Notes: generated by a model not told the origin, from the letters alone. A stretch of 53,975 nt of DNA from an uncultured archaeon (GCA_964646855.1 CAZYHQ010000003.1:1-53975), one strand, 5' to 3'; positions 1 through 8,760 are shown, counted from the first letter of the stretch. Numbers and translations: made by a program.

Positions 1-51
1 AGCAGTAATAGAATAATTGTTAGGTTGTAAGCTTTTTAAAGTTTTATGCGA

Positions 52-1191
52 TTATGGTTTGAACAGATTGTACCATTTGTTCTTCTTCCCGGCAATGTGT
101 TCGGCCAAAATGTTTCCTGCCATGAATCCGAACACGAGACCGTGCCCGCGGTAACCGGCCGAGAAATAAACACCAGAATGTTTCGAGTGCGGCCCAATTC
201 GCGGCCATTGATCAGGAAAACCAGCTACCCTGCACCTCCAGTTGTGAGTTGCCCGCATTTTTAATTTGGGGAAGAATTCCTGAAAACTTCTTCTTGCGCC
301 CTCTGTGCCGAAAAACAGAATCCTGTTATCGAATTTTCTGAAAGCGTGATAATGCACACCAAAGTTCCAGAACAATTCTTTTCCGGGCCAATGAACATCG
401 AACCACTTTTTCGGAAGTTTAGCTGTGGCAAGACCAAAGTCTCTTCGAATGTGCAGGTTGGCAGGCAACCAACTCACTGGCGTGGATGTCTCTGTGGCAA
501 AAATAATTTTCTCAGCAATCACAACTCCTCTTCGCGTTCTTAGATGGAAAACGTCTTTGTGTTTTCTGATGCTCAAAACGCGGCTATGTTCGAAGACAAT
601 TGCATCTTTCTGAGTCGCGGTGCGCGCAAGACCTTGGACCAGTTTCGTTGGCAACACTTGGGAGTCGTAAGGACTGTATACCGCAGCCAACAGCAATGGA
701 GAGTGGACTATTCGCTGTAGTGCGTTTCCTTCAAACCACTTGACCTTGAATCCCGCTTTTTTCAGCGAACGGTATTCTTTTTGCAACGGTTCCAAATTCC
801 TTTCATGCAGTGCGACATTCAATGAACTGGTGCGCTCGAGACCGCATTCAATTTTTTCCTTTTTCAAAATTTTTGCTAGTTCTAGCAACGCATCATTAGT
901 TGCGAACCAAGCAGAACTCGCCCTTTTAAGGCCAAATTTTTTCACTGCCTCGACGAAATCGTGCTCAGTGCCTAGAACCAGCATTCCAAAATTTTTGCTG
1001 CTTGCCCCACTGCAAATCGTGTTTGCCTCGAGCAGGGTAACCCCTATGCCGCGAGACGCCAGGTGGTATGCAGTGCTGGTGCCTGTGATTCCGCCACCGA
1101 TTACTGCTACTTCGGTTTTGATTTCACCTGATAATCTAGGAAATTGCTGTTTTTTTACATCCGCATACCAAGGTGGATGCCGAGTGTACAT
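52..1191 (-). CDS. FAD-dependent oxidoreductase (DAO / glycine-oxidase-like family)
   Basis: Complete 379-aa ORF. N-terminal Rossmann FAD motif VAVIGGGITGTSTAYHLASRG. DAO-like length and layout. Confidence 0.8.
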   Translation of the reverse strand: MYTRHPPWYADVKKQQFPRLSGEIKTEVAVIGGGITGTSTAYHLASRGIGVTLLEANTICSGASSKNFGMLVLGTEHDFVEAVKKFGLKRASSAWFATNDALLELAKILKKEKIECGLERTSSLNVALHERNLEPLQKEYRSLKKAGFKVKWFEGNALQRIVHSPLLLAAVYSPYDSQVLPTKLVQGLARTATQKDAIVFEHSRVLSIRKHKDVFHLRTRRGVVIAEKIIFATETSTPVSWLPANLHIRRDFGLATAKLPKKWFDVHWPGKELFWNFGVHYHAFRKFDNRILFFGTEGARRSFQEFFPKLKMRATHNWRCRVAGFPDQWPRIGPHSKHSGVYFSAGYRGHGLVFGFMAGNILAEHIAGKKNKWYNLFKP

Positions 1192-1205
1192 AAAATATTT
1201 TTATT

Positions 1206-1583
1206 TTACTCTTTATTATTTCTTAAGAATTCTTCAACAATCTTTCTCCACGGAGGATAGTTTGTTGTCACTTGTCCCCTTGGCTGCTCCTCGACGAAAA
1301 CGGAATCTTCCAATGCTGTAAGCATGTGCACGGTGCCGGGTTCGACGTCAATGACATCTCCAGCTTTCACAGTTTTTTCCAGCTCTTTGCCATTTTCAAT
1401 GTATCTGTACACGAAACTGCCGGAAACGAAAATGTGTTTTATCGCAAGTCTATGGCTGTGTCCTCCCCTCGACGCACCTTTGTTTGTGGTGACAAATAAA
1501 AATTCACGGTCGCCGACAGTAATTTTGAAGACTTCCCCGCGCGCGTCTTTCTGCGGCTGTTTTATTTCAACGCCTGCTCCCAT
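1206..1583 (-). CDS. Cupin-domain protein
   Basis: 125-aa ORF with cupin-like His/Glu pattern (GGHSHRL...VEPGTVHML). Overlaps the uL11 3' end by 22 nt. Confidence 0.55.
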   Translation of the reverse strand: MGAGVEIKQPQKDARGEVFKITVGDREFLFVTTNKGASRGGHSHRLAIKHIFVSGSFVYRYIENGKELEKTVKAGDVIDVEPGTVHMLTALEDSVFVEEQPRGQVTTNYPPWRKIVEEFLRNNKE

Positions 1584-2068
1584 TTGCCATCGTCAACTTC
1601 TTTGATTAGTTCCTTGCCTTTTTTGCCTTCGACAGTCATAGGCATGCTCGCTGTCGTGCCAAGTATCTGCTTGACAGCGGCTTTCAAATCTTTTGCAAGC
1701 AGCGAATCCTTTTTCATCTTTGCTATTTTTACTATCGATTCGAATTTCAAATCGCCTACAGAAGTCTTTCCTTTGGTTTTTTCTTCCTCGGTGATTTTCG
1801 CAAGTTCGACGCCCAATTCTTTTTTGATCAGACTAGAAACAGGCGGAGTGCCAACTTTTATCTCAAACTCCTTCGTATCGGCATCAATAACAATTTTCAC
1901 CGGCACTTGCATCCCGGCATAGTCCTTTGTTTTCTCGTTTACTTCTGTAAAAATTTCCTGGATGTTCACTTTCATCGCCGACAATTTCGGGGCGGACGTC
2001 GGTCCTGGTGATGCTTTGCCCCCTTCCACCAACAAATCAAGAGTCTCTTTTCTTCCCATGCTAATCAC
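1562..2068 (-). CDS. rpl11: 50S ribosomal protein uL11
   Basis: 168-aa ORF. GGKASPGP...VPVKIVIDADTKEFEIKVGTPP is typical archaeal L11. Sits in the conserved FtsZ-SecE-Spt5-L11 cluster. Confidence 0.93.
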   Translation of the reverse strand: MISMGRKETLDLLVEGGKASPGPTSAPKLSAMKVNIQEIFTEVNEKTKDYAGMQVPVKIVIDADTKEFEIKVGTPPVSSLIKKELGVELAKITEEEKTKGKTSVGDLKFESIVKIAKMKKDSLLAKDLKAAVKQILGTTASMPMTVEGKKGKELIKEVDDGKWEQALK

Positions 2069-2085
2069 AAGGAAATTCCAAATAT

Positions 2086-2526
2086 TTATTTCTTAGCCTT
2101 CTCCAAGACTTTTACGAATTCGACAGAAACAGTGATGGGAATAGGCACTGCCGCCTCCAGAAGCTCTATCGTGGTCTCACGCTTTATTTTGTCGTATCTG
2201 GTGACCTTGCCCCTTTCTCCCTTGAAGGGTCCGCCTATTATTTCCACGATGTCGCCGAGCCCCAGCTCGACCTCTACTTTTCTCGGCTGCAAGAACCTTT
2301 GCAACTGCGAAATTTCAACAGGGGATTTTATCACTCCGCGGATGTGCGGTATCAGTTGGATAGCACGCTCGACTTCAGAGAGTTCGCCCTCGATAAATAC
2401 GTAACCTTTGATTTCCTCTGGATGGACCAGCGACTGCACCTTTATTCCTTCAGCTCTGGATTTCGCAGCTATAGCATCGATGACTATGTTCTCTCTCCCG
2501 ACCACGGTTTTTACAGTGAATATCAT
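2086..2526 (-). CDS. spt5: Transcription elongation factor Spt5 (archaeal NusG)
   Basis: 146-aa ORF with an NGN domain plus a KOW motif (GDIVEIIGGPFKGERGKVTRYD). Conserved position upstream of L11. Confidence 0.9.
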   Translation of the reverse strand: MIFTVKTVVGRENIVIDAIAAKSRAEGIKVQSLVHPEEIKGYVFIEGELSEVERAIQLIPHIRGVIKSPVEISQLQRFLQPRKVEVELGLGDIVEIIGGPFKGERGKVTRYDKIKRETTIELLEAAVPIPITVSVEFVKVLEKAKK

Positions 2527-2544
2527 TTAATCAACTTCATCCAA

Positions 2545-2718
2545 TCAGCTCAAGAAAAGTATTGAAACTATGTAAAGCAAGAATCCGACAATGCCAACAA
2601 CGAAAGCTCCTATTGCGCAAATTTTTGCTGTGTGAAAAAACTCGTCCTTGTCCGGTTTCTTCGCAATGTTCAATACTCGTATGTAACTGTCTATCCTTTC
2701 TCTTAATTTCAAATCCAT
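2545..2718 (-). CDS. secE: Protein translocase subunit SecE / Sec61-gamma
   Basis: 57-aa ORF found by manual translation and absent from the ORF track: MDLKLRERIDSYIRVLNIAKKPDKDEFFHTAKICAIGAFVVGIVGFLLYIVSILFLS. Single C-terminal TM segment. Canonical position between ftsZ and spt5. Confidence 0.8.
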   Translation of the reverse strand: MDLKLRERIDSYIRVLNIAKKPDKDEFFHTAKICAIGAFVVGIVGFLLYIVSILFLS

Positions 2719-2736
2719 AGAATCACTTGAAAATTT

Positions 2737-3825
2737 TTATTCGATGAACTCGACGCCAAGGAACTCATCAACTTTTTTCTTGCTTTCCTTCGTCCATTTC
2801 TTTTCCGGGCCGAAAATTTGCGGCGACTTGACTCCGGTCACGACGAGCATCGTTCTCACCCCTTCCCCGAGCGATTTGTCGACCTGCGCTCCCCAGATTA
2901 TTTTCGCGTCCTCGGACAGCTTCGACGAAACCATTTCGCAAATCTGCTGCGCCTCGCGGATTGTTATTTCGGGGCCGCCAACAACGTTTACCAAAGCTCC
3001 TGTCGCGCCGCTTATGTCTACGTTTATCAGAGGGTTGTTCAAAGCCTTTTCGATCGACTCGAACGCGCGGTTGTCCGTGTCGCTCTCGCCGACACCGATC
3101 ATCGCCAGACCGCCCTGGCCCATAACTGCTCTAACGTCGGCAAAGTCCAAATTGACCAGCCCGGGTTTTGTAACCAGCTCTGAAATTCCCTTTACTGCGT
3201 TAACAAGAATTTCGTCAGCCACTTTGAACGCGGTAGCTATGGCAACGTCAGGGACAATTTCCAACAGCTTGTCGTTGGGTACAACTATCAGAGTGTCGAC
3301 AGCAGTTTCCAAATTTTCCAGTCCCAGCCTTGCATTGGCCATTCTCTGCTTGCCTTCCATCGTGAACGGAAGGGTAACTATAGCAATAGTCAATGCGCCC
3401 AGTTTTTTCGCTATGTCGGCAACGACAGGAGCGCTGCCAGTTCCGGTCCCTCCCCCCAGCCCGCAAGTCAGAAAAACCATGTCCGCGCCCTGCAGCACCC
3501 TCTTCAGATCATCCTTGCTTTCTTTTGCAGCTTCCATTCCCAAGTTCGGATCCGCGCCCGCGCCCAGACCGGCGGTGAGCTCTTTGCCGATCAAAACTTT
3601 TCTATCCGAGTCGGTATACAGCAGGTCCTGCGCGTCCGTGTTCACAGCAACAGTCTCGGCACCCTGGATGCCAACTTGCATCAAACGGGTGATCGTGTTG
3701 TTGCCAGCGCCCCCGCACCCGACAACTTTTATCTGGGTCTTCCTGCTCTCCAGCAGCTCGCGCAGTTCTGCGTCGTCAGCGCTGCTTTTTTCCTGCCATT
3801 TGTCAGAAAGCTGTTTGATTCCCAT
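2737..3825 (-). CDS. ftsZ: Cell division GTPase FtsZ
   Basis: 362-aa ORF with the tubulin signature GLGGGTGTGSAPVVA and N-terminal VVGCGGAGNN. Confidence 0.97.
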   Translation of the reverse strand: MGIKQLSDKWQEKSSADDAELRELLESRKTQIKVVGCGGAGNNTITRLMQVGIQGAETVAVNTDAQDLLYTDSDRKVLIGKELTAGLGAGADPNLGMEAAKESKDDLKRVLQGADMVFLTCGLGGGTGTGSAPVVADIAKKLGALTIAIVTLPFTMEGKQRMANARLGLENLETAVDTLIVVPNDKLLEIVPDVAIATAFKVADEILVNAVKGISELVTKPGLVNLDFADVRAVMGQGGLAMIGVGESDTDNRAFESIEKALNNPLINVDISGATGALVNVVGGPEITIREAQQICEMVSSKLSEDAKIIWGAQVDKSLGEGVRTMLVVTGVKSPQIFGPEKKWTKESKKKVDEFLGVEFIE

Positions 3826-3867
3826 AAAATCAGATATAATTATTTCCTAAAACTAAAGATAAATGCT

Positions 3868-4557
3868 TTACTTGGTGTAGACATCCAAAAATTTTAATTT
3901 TTCTAAATCACCCACCCATTTCAGGGCGACGCTTGCAATGCTTTGCTTTGTCCTCACTGGGATGTCCAGCTTTTTCTTGAAGGAAATTTCAGCTTCCTTG
4001 TTGGCAATAGACATATCCATATCAGCCAGGTCGATTCCAGTAAAATTATTCACCACGGATTTCAGTTTTTCTCCAGCGTCTTTGATCTCGGATTTGATTT
4101 CAAGTTCGTACTCCAACTTTTTTCCGGCCAGCGGATGGTTGAAATCAACCTTTATTCTGCCGCCGTCGACGCTTATGACCCGCCCGTTGAGGTTGTTTAT
4201 AGTTACGTAGCTCCCGGGCTCAGGGTCAACGTTCTGCTCTACGAAATTCGACATGGGAATTAGTTTTATGAGATTCGCATTTCTTTCTCCGAAAGCCTTT
4301 TCCGGAGGAATTTCGAGTTTTTTCTTTTCGCCAATCTGCATGCCTTCCACTGCTTCTTCCAGACCTCTGATAATCAGGCCGCTTCCGACGATCACGGTAA
4401 TCGGCTTGTAGCTTATCTTTTCGTTGTAGACATTTTCTTTTTTCGCAACATCGGCCACAGTAAGGTCAAAAATCTCGCCAGTGTCTTTTATTCTGCCGAC
4501 AAAGTCTACCAATACAAAATCTCCGCTCTTCATAAACTCACTTAAACTTTTCCCCAA
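3868..4557 (-). CDS. FKBP-type peptidyl-prolyl cis-trans isomerase (SlyD-like, long archaeal type)
   Basis: 229-aa ORF with FKBP core motifs (VDFVGRIKDTGEIFD, VIVGSGLIIRGLEEAVEGMQIGEKK, DFNHPLAGKKLEYELEI) and an inserted flap domain. Confidence 0.85.
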   Translation of the reverse strand: MGKSLSEFMKSGDFVLVDFVGRIKDTGEIFDLTVADVAKKENVYNEKISYKPITVIVGSGLIIRGLEEAVEGMQIGEKKKLEIPPEKAFGERNANLIKLIPMSNFVEQNVDPEPGSYVTINNLNGRVISVDGGRIKVDFNHPLAGKKLEYELEIKSEIKDAGEKLKSVVNNFTGIDLADMDMSIANKEAEISFKKKLDIPVRTKQSIASVALKWVGDLEKLKFLDVYTK

Positions 4558-4630
4558 TTTCTAATGAATACTTAAAAGCATTTCCGCAATTAAGGATTTA
4601 AATTTAACAATCGATACCAAAAGTAGTGGT

Positions 4631-4987
4631 TTGATGGTTTTCGGCAAGGACGAAAAAGAAGATTGGAAAGAATTTCTAATCCCCGAAGCGCAGCAAACGC
4701 TTGCAAGCTTAATCGAGTCTGCAAAATTCCACAAAGGAGCCTACACCCGTTCTGAAGACGTGAAAGTTGCGCAACTCTGGTCTGCACTTATTGAAATTAA
4801 AAAAGAACTGGACGCAGTAAAAGAAATGTACGGCAAAGTCGAGGGTCCGTTCAAGGCAATAGTCGAGATGGGAGACGCAGAGAAAAAGAAAACTATCCAG
4901 CGACTGGTAACAGAAATGTTAAAACCAACTGATGAAGAATCTCAAGCAGCAACTCAGAAGCTTGTAGAAAGCTTGATGAAATTCTAA
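4631..4987 (+). CDS. Hypothetical protein (helical, acidic)
   Basis: 118-aa ORF in an otherwise ORF-free interval. No recognisable motif. Confidence 0.5.
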   Translation: MMVFGKDEKEDWKEFLIPEAQQTLASLIESAKFHKGAYTRSEDVKVAQLWSALIEIKKELDAVKEMYGKVEGPFKAIVEMGDAEKKKTIQRLVTEMLKPTDEESQAATQKLVESLMKF

Positions 4988-5012
4988 ATTAAATAATTCT
5001 GAGTTTGATTGC

Positions 5013-5252
5013 ATGCCATATGGAAAATTTGTCGACGCCTATAAAATCGGTTTGAATCACAGACTTACACTTCCAGTTAGAATTATGGAAGAAATTGGCA
5101 TAGACGTCGGCGACTACGTATTACTTTACTTCGACAAACAATCGCGCTCAATTACATATGTTCCGTTAAAAGAAGGCGTGATGCTGCCTTCTTTTGTTGC
5201 CGACAAAATACCCAAAGAAGTTAGAAGCAAATTGAAAATAGAAGTCGAATAA
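5013..5252 (+). CDS. AbrB/SpoVT-like DNA-binding protein
   Basis: 79-aa ORF. RLTLPVRIMEEIGIDVGDYVLLYFD resembles the swapped-hairpin AbrB/MazE fold motif. Confidence 0.5.
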   Translation: MPYGKFVDAYKIGLNHRLTLPVRIMEEIGIDVGDYVLLYFDKQSRSITYVPLKEGVMLPSFVADKIPKEVRSKLKIEVE

Positions 5253-5393
5253 TCAAACCATTCTTTTTCCTTGGCAGATTTTGCAGAACATTCCCATGAA
5301 GCACTCCGGACAAACCCGTGAGTGGCATGTCTTGCAAGTTAACAAACCGTGCGCATAACGTTTGCAACTAGCGCAGATTCCACCAACAACCAT
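5253..5393 (-). CDS. Small cysteine-rich protein (four CxxC pairs, putative double zinc ribbon)
   Basis: Manual translation gives MVVGGICASCKRYAHGLLTCKTCHSRVCPECFMGMFCKICQGKRMV (46 aa). It has 8 Cys arranged as 4 CxxC pairs. Confidence 0.4.
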   Translation of the reverse strand: MVVGGICASCKRYAHGLLTCKTCHSRVCPECFMGMFCKICQGKRMV

Positions 5394-5426
5394 AATTAGA
5401 AATCAGTTTTTCAGTTTAAATTTTTG

Positions 5427-5555
5427 TGCAGGGAGTGGGATTCGAACCCACGAAGGGACTAACCCACAGGATTTCTCATATCATCTTTTTTTCAAAACTT
5501 AAGTTCCGTTCGACAACTTAAGTCCTGCGCCATTGCCAGACTAGGCGACCCCTGC
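5427..5555 (-). tRNA. tRNA-Leu (anticodon UAA) with a 44-nt intron at the canonical 37/38 position
   Basis: Manual fold. Acceptor GCAGGGG/TCCCTGC, 3-bp D stem, anticodon stem CAGGA/TCCTG, loop CUUAAG[intron]A, long variable arm, T arm GTGGG-TTCGAAT-CCCAC, discriminator A. Confidence 0.8.
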
Positions 5556-5597
5556 GTAAATGAATATTTGGTTTTCAGAATTAGTAAACTTATAAGC

Positions 5598-6227
5598 TTA
5601 TTTTAATTTTTTGATCTGCTTGACGAACTCGCTCATTTTCTTTTCCAGAATTTCTGCCGCAGTAGAAACAATCTCTTCCGGCTTCAATCCGCTTGAAGTT
5701 TCTACAGTAAATTTAAAACTCTCTTCGTCGCTCTTGCCAACAGTTTCAGAATCATAACCAACTACTGCCGCCTGCCATTTTGCATGTTTCCTTCCGATTC
5801 CAAGCTGCGCGGTAGCCTCGAATTGAATTTCCTGATTTTCAAACAATTCTGTGATAGGAATTTTTTCGTAAACCGGTTTGACATCTTTGTCAGCAGACTT
5901 CAGATCTCCTGAATATACAACAGCAGGACCTTTTTTCTTCAGCGTCAGTTTTACTTGGCAATTGCTGCAACCTTTTCCGCCGCACTTGCATTCCTCTGGC
6001 AGGTTGTAAGATTTTGCATCAAAAGTCAACGGAACCAGACCCAAGCGGTTTGAAACAACTTCGTCCGGAAGAGCGGAGTCGTTTTTCTTGAAGTCCACCC
6101 ATTCTACAGCCAAGGTCGGAACTTCCGACAGCATAATTCTGCGCAGGGCGGAAGCAAACGACGGCTTTACGCCTTCGACTGCAAAACGAATTTCAGAATC
6201 GGTTTTGTTGTTAACTTCAACTTTCAT
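5598..6227 (-). CDS. rpoD: DNA-directed RNA polymerase subunit D (Rpo3)
   Basis: 209-aa ORF. SFASALRRIMLSEVPTLAVEWV...VSNRLGLVPL plus a Cys cluster (CKCGGKGCSNC). Downstream of the S13-S4-S11 genes as in most archaea. Confidence 0.92.
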   Translation of the reverse strand: MKVEVNNKTDSEIRFAVEGVKPSFASALRRIMLSEVPTLAVEWVDFKKNDSALPDEVVSNRLGLVPLTFDAKSYNLPEECKCGGKGCSNCQVKLTLKKKGPAVVYSGDLKSADKDVKPVYEKIPITELFENQEIQFEATAQLGIGRKHAKWQAAVVGYDSETVGKSDEESFKFTVETSSGLKPEEIVSTAAEILEKKMSEFVKQIKKLK

Positions 6228-6279
6228 TGCATCACAATAACAGTTAATTTGCTTTTTGAAACAATTTAAAGATTTCTAA

Positions 6280-6672
6280 CTACACTCTGCGGCCTCTGCG
6301 GCCACCCTTGCCTTTCATTTTTCCGTGAATAACAGGAGTCACGTCTTCGATCATTCCGATTCTTAATCCGGCTCTTGCTATTGCCCTGATCGCAGGCTGG
6401 GCCCCGGCACCCGGCGATTTTGATTTTGTACCGCCCTGAGCGCGAACTTCTATATTAACACCTGTCAGACCTTTTCCAATTGCCTCCTCGGCAGCTTTTC
6501 TTGCAGCCTGCATCGCAGGGAAAGGACTTCCGCCCTCCCTGTCCTTGTCAGTCATCATTCCAGCCGTAAACCTTGACAGAGTTTCCGCGCCAGTTAGGTC
6601 GGTAATGTGAACTATCGTGTTGTTTGCAGTAGACAGTATGTGCGCCACTCCCCATCTTCTTTCCCCTTTCAT
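6280..6672 (-). CDS. rps11: 30S ribosomal protein uS11
   Basis: 130-aa [22 protein letters not shown]...GRRGRRV C-terminus typical of S11. Confidence 0.95.
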   Translation of the reverse strand: MKGERRWGVAHILSTANNTIVHITDLTGAETLSRFTAGMMTDKDREGGSPFPAMQAARKAAEEAIGKGLTGVNIEVRAQGGTKSKSPGAGAQPAIRAIARAGLRIGMIEDVTPVIHGKMKGKGGRRGRRV

Positions 6673-7166
6673 TGCGTCACCGTCTCGATCTTCGTTTCAA
6701 CCTTTTTCACAACTTGAATTTGCAGCTGGATTTTTTCCTCTTCGTCTTTTGTAACAAAATAGCTCGGGTAAGTAATTCTTCTTTCACCGATTTTTACATG
6801 GCCGTGGACGATAAGCTGGCGGGCCTGTTTCGACGTGTTCACCAAACCCCTTTGCAGCAAAACAGTCTGGAGCCTCCTGCCCAGAAAATCTTCCAAATTT
6901 ATGCCCAGCACGTCGTCAAGCGCCGAACCTTCTTTCAAAATCCCGGCCCCAACCAATTTCTGCACTAGAACCCTTTCCTTTTCCTTGTCGTGCTTGGCGG
7001 CAAGCTCCCTTGCAAGCCTTCTGTATTTTCTCAGCTGCGCTTCGACTCTCCACAGTTCCTTTTTCGTTTTCAGCCCATAAATTTTCAAAATCCCCCTTTC
7101 CGATTCCAGTCTTTTTTTGTCAAATCTTTTTGCCGGGGTTTCGTATTTTTTCCTTTGTCGCTTCAT
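6669..7166 (-). CDS. rps4: 30S ribosomal protein uS4
   Basis: 165-aa [15 protein letters not shown]...[10 protein letters not shown] plus an S4 RNA-binding domain ([13 protein letters not shown]). 4-nt overlap with rps11. Confidence 0.93.
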   Translation of the reverse strand: MKRQRKKYETPAKRFDKKRLESERGILKIYGLKTKKELWRVEAQLRKYRRLARELAAKHDKEKERVLVQKLVGAGILKEGSALDDVLGINLEDFLGRRLQTVLLQRGLVNTSKQARQLIVHGHVKIGERRITYPSYFVTKDEEEKIQLQIQVVKKVETKIETVTQ

Positions 7167-7173
7167 TCTATCA

Positions 7174-7812
7174 CTATTTTTTCTCTTCCTTCTTTGCCGC
7201 CGCAGCCGGCGCAGGTGCTCCGCCCGCCGCAGGAGCTTCTACCCCAGCCTTCGTCATTTGGATTTTAATTTCCTTCCTCAAAACACCGACAACCCTGCCC
7301 AGCCTGAAGTGGCTGCGTGTTCTCTGCCCGCGCACAGGCTGTCCGAGCATGTGCCTCCATCCGCGGTACGTCTTCAGGTCAACTTGCTTCTGAACATCGA
7401 ACTTCGCTGCCGTGAGTATGTCGCTCCCGCTGATGTGGGAACTCTGTCCGGTCGCAGGATCATTTCTCCTGTTCAGGGCAAAAACTGGAATTCCGAACGC
7501 GGAAGGATTTTTTATCACTTCCTCAATTTTCTGTATTTCAGCCGGGCCGTACTCGCCGAGCCTTTTGTGCGGATCAAAACCGGTGACTTTGATGATCGCG
7601 TTTGCTAAAAAATGGCTGACTCCCTTGATGTGCTTGATCGCAGTAATCAGATTTTTCCCTCCGTCCAAATCCGTATTTGCAACCCTGACTAGCGCTTCGG
7701 GCCCTGCCTTCTGCACGAACTTCTGCTTTTCTTCTTTCTTCTCGGGTTTCTTGGAGTCTTCTTTAACTTTGTCCAAGTCCTTTGCTTTTCCTTTTTTGCT
7801 GCTTCCCACCAA
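7174..7812 (-). CDS. rps13: 30S ribosomal protein uS13, with Lys-rich N-terminal and Ala/Pro-rich C-terminal extensions
   Basis: 212-aa ORF with an S13 core (LVRVANTDLDGGKNL...KTYRGWRHMLGQPVRGQRTRS). The true start may be the internal GTG near 7716 (VQKAGPEALVRV). Confidence 0.9.
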   Translation of the reverse strand: MVGSSKKGKAKDLDKVKEDSKKPEKKEEKQKFVQKAGPEALVRVANTDLDGGKNLITAIKHIKGVSHFLANAIIKVTGFDPHKRLGEYGPAEIQKIEEVIKNPSAFGIPVFALNRRNDPATGQSSHISGSDILTAAKFDVQKQVDLKTYRGWRHMLGQPVRGQRTRSHFRLGRVVGVLRKEIKIQMTKAGVEAPAAGGAPAPAAAAKKEEKK

Positions 7813-7866
7813 ATCACATGTCTAATATATTCTATCTGAATAACTTTTAAACCTTTTTAAAAAATG

Positions 7867-7974
7867 TGGACCGGGCGGGATTTGAACCCGCAGCTTCCCA
7901 CTTTGGCTATAGTAAATGCCATGCGGGCGGTCTACCGTTGGCCTGATTTGATTAATCATTTGGCCTACCGGCCC
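7867..7974 (-). tRNA. tRNA-Ala (anticodon GGC) with two putative introns
   Basis: Manual fold. Acceptor GGGCCGG/CCGGTCC with the G3:U70 alanine identity pair. Anticodon stem CCCGC/GTGGG, loop AUGGCA[14-nt intron]A. T arm GCGGG-TTCAAAT-CCCGC. A 22-nt insertion lies in the D-arm region. One mismatch in the D stem. Confidence 0.7.
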
Positions 7975-7982
7975 AACAAGAA

Positions 7983-8144
7983 TTATTTTTTGTTTCTGGT
8001 CCATTTAAGTTTTGCTTTGCCTCTGCCCATCATCTGGTTTTTTTCGCACTTTCCCGAACACCAGTAGTAAATCGTCCCGTCGTTTTTCACAAACACTTTC
8101 CCGACACCAATTTTTATGTTTGTTCCGCAGAAAGAGCAGCGCAT
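7983..8144 (-). CDS. rpl24e: 50S ribosomal protein eL24
   Basis: Manual translation gives MRCSFCGTNIKIGVGKVFVKNDGTIYYWCSGKCEKNQMMGRGKAKLKWTRNKK (53 aa), the typical L24e zinc ribbon. Follows S28e as in the conserved L7Ae-S28e-L24e cluster. Confidence 0.9.
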   Translation of the reverse strand: MRCSFCGTNIKIGVGKVFVKNDGTIYYWCSGKCEKNQMMGRGKAKLKWTRNKK

Positions 8145-8148
8145 GCAA

Positions 8149-8358
8149 TTACCTCTGTTCCATTCTTACTGCTGTTTCCATTTCGGTTTCTCTAAGCATG
8201 AGAATGTCTTTTTCCCTGATAGGACCGATGACGTTACGAGTTAAAATTTTTCCCTGATCAGGCCCGTCCAAAACTTTGCAACGAACCTGTATTACTCCCC
8301 TTACCCCGGTTCTGCCTAGAATTTGCAAGACTTCAGCAGGATAAGAAACATCGGCCAC
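8149..8358 (-). CDS. rps28e: 30S ribosomal protein eS28
   Basis: 69-aa [29 protein letters not shown]...[18 protein letters not shown]. Confidence 0.93.
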   Translation of the reverse strand: MADVSYPAEVLQILGRTGVRGVIQVRCKVLDGPDQGKILTRNVIGPIREKDILMLRETEMETAVRMEQR

Positions 8359-8368
8359 GCTCTACCAC

Positions 8369-8737
8369 CTATTTTTCAGCAGCTTCGATTCCCTTTAAAA
8401 TTTCTTTCAGCAAGTTTTTTCCCTCGCCAAAATCGACCACTGCAATTGCCGCGGACTGGACATCGATTCCCGTTGCACGCCCAAGCTCTTGTTTGCTCGG
8501 AATGTAAACGTAAGGAATCTTTTTCTCGTCGCACAAAGCCGGCAGATGCATGACAATTTCTTCCGGATCGACGTCTTCTGCTATAATAACCAACTGCGCA
8601 ATTCCCTTTTCTATCGCCTTGGTTGTTTCGTTAGTCCCTATTCTTATTTTGCCTGTGTTTTTCGCAATCTCAACTGCTTGCAGAACCTTGTCTCCAACTT
8701 CCTTGGTAACGCTGAATTTGACATAAGCTTTCGGCAT
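8369..8737 (-). CDS. rpl7ae: 50S ribosomal protein L7Ae (eL8 / kink-turn binding)
   Basis: 122-aa [56 protein letters not shown]. Confidence 0.95.
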   Translation of the reverse strand: MPKAYVKFSVTKEVGDKVLQAVEIAKNTGKIRIGTNETTKAIEKGIAQLVIIAEDVDPEEIVMHLPALCDEKKIPYVYIPSKQELGRATGIDVQSAAIAVVDFGEGKNLLKEILKGIEAAEK

Positions 8738-8760
8738 CTTTACACCTCATTTGCTTAAAC

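Noticed and set aside
2744-3850. 368-aa plus-strand ORF spanning the whole ftsZ locus
   Set aside because: It is exactly antisense to an unmistakable FtsZ gene. Its translation is low-complexity Ser/Pro/Thr/Ala-rich with no motif. This is a typical shadow ORF.
7822-8067. ORFs 7822..8004 (-) and 7864..8067 (+)
   Set aside because: They overlap the tRNA-Ala gene and the eL24 gene. The eL24 reading (7983..8144) has the conserved zinc-ribbon sequence.
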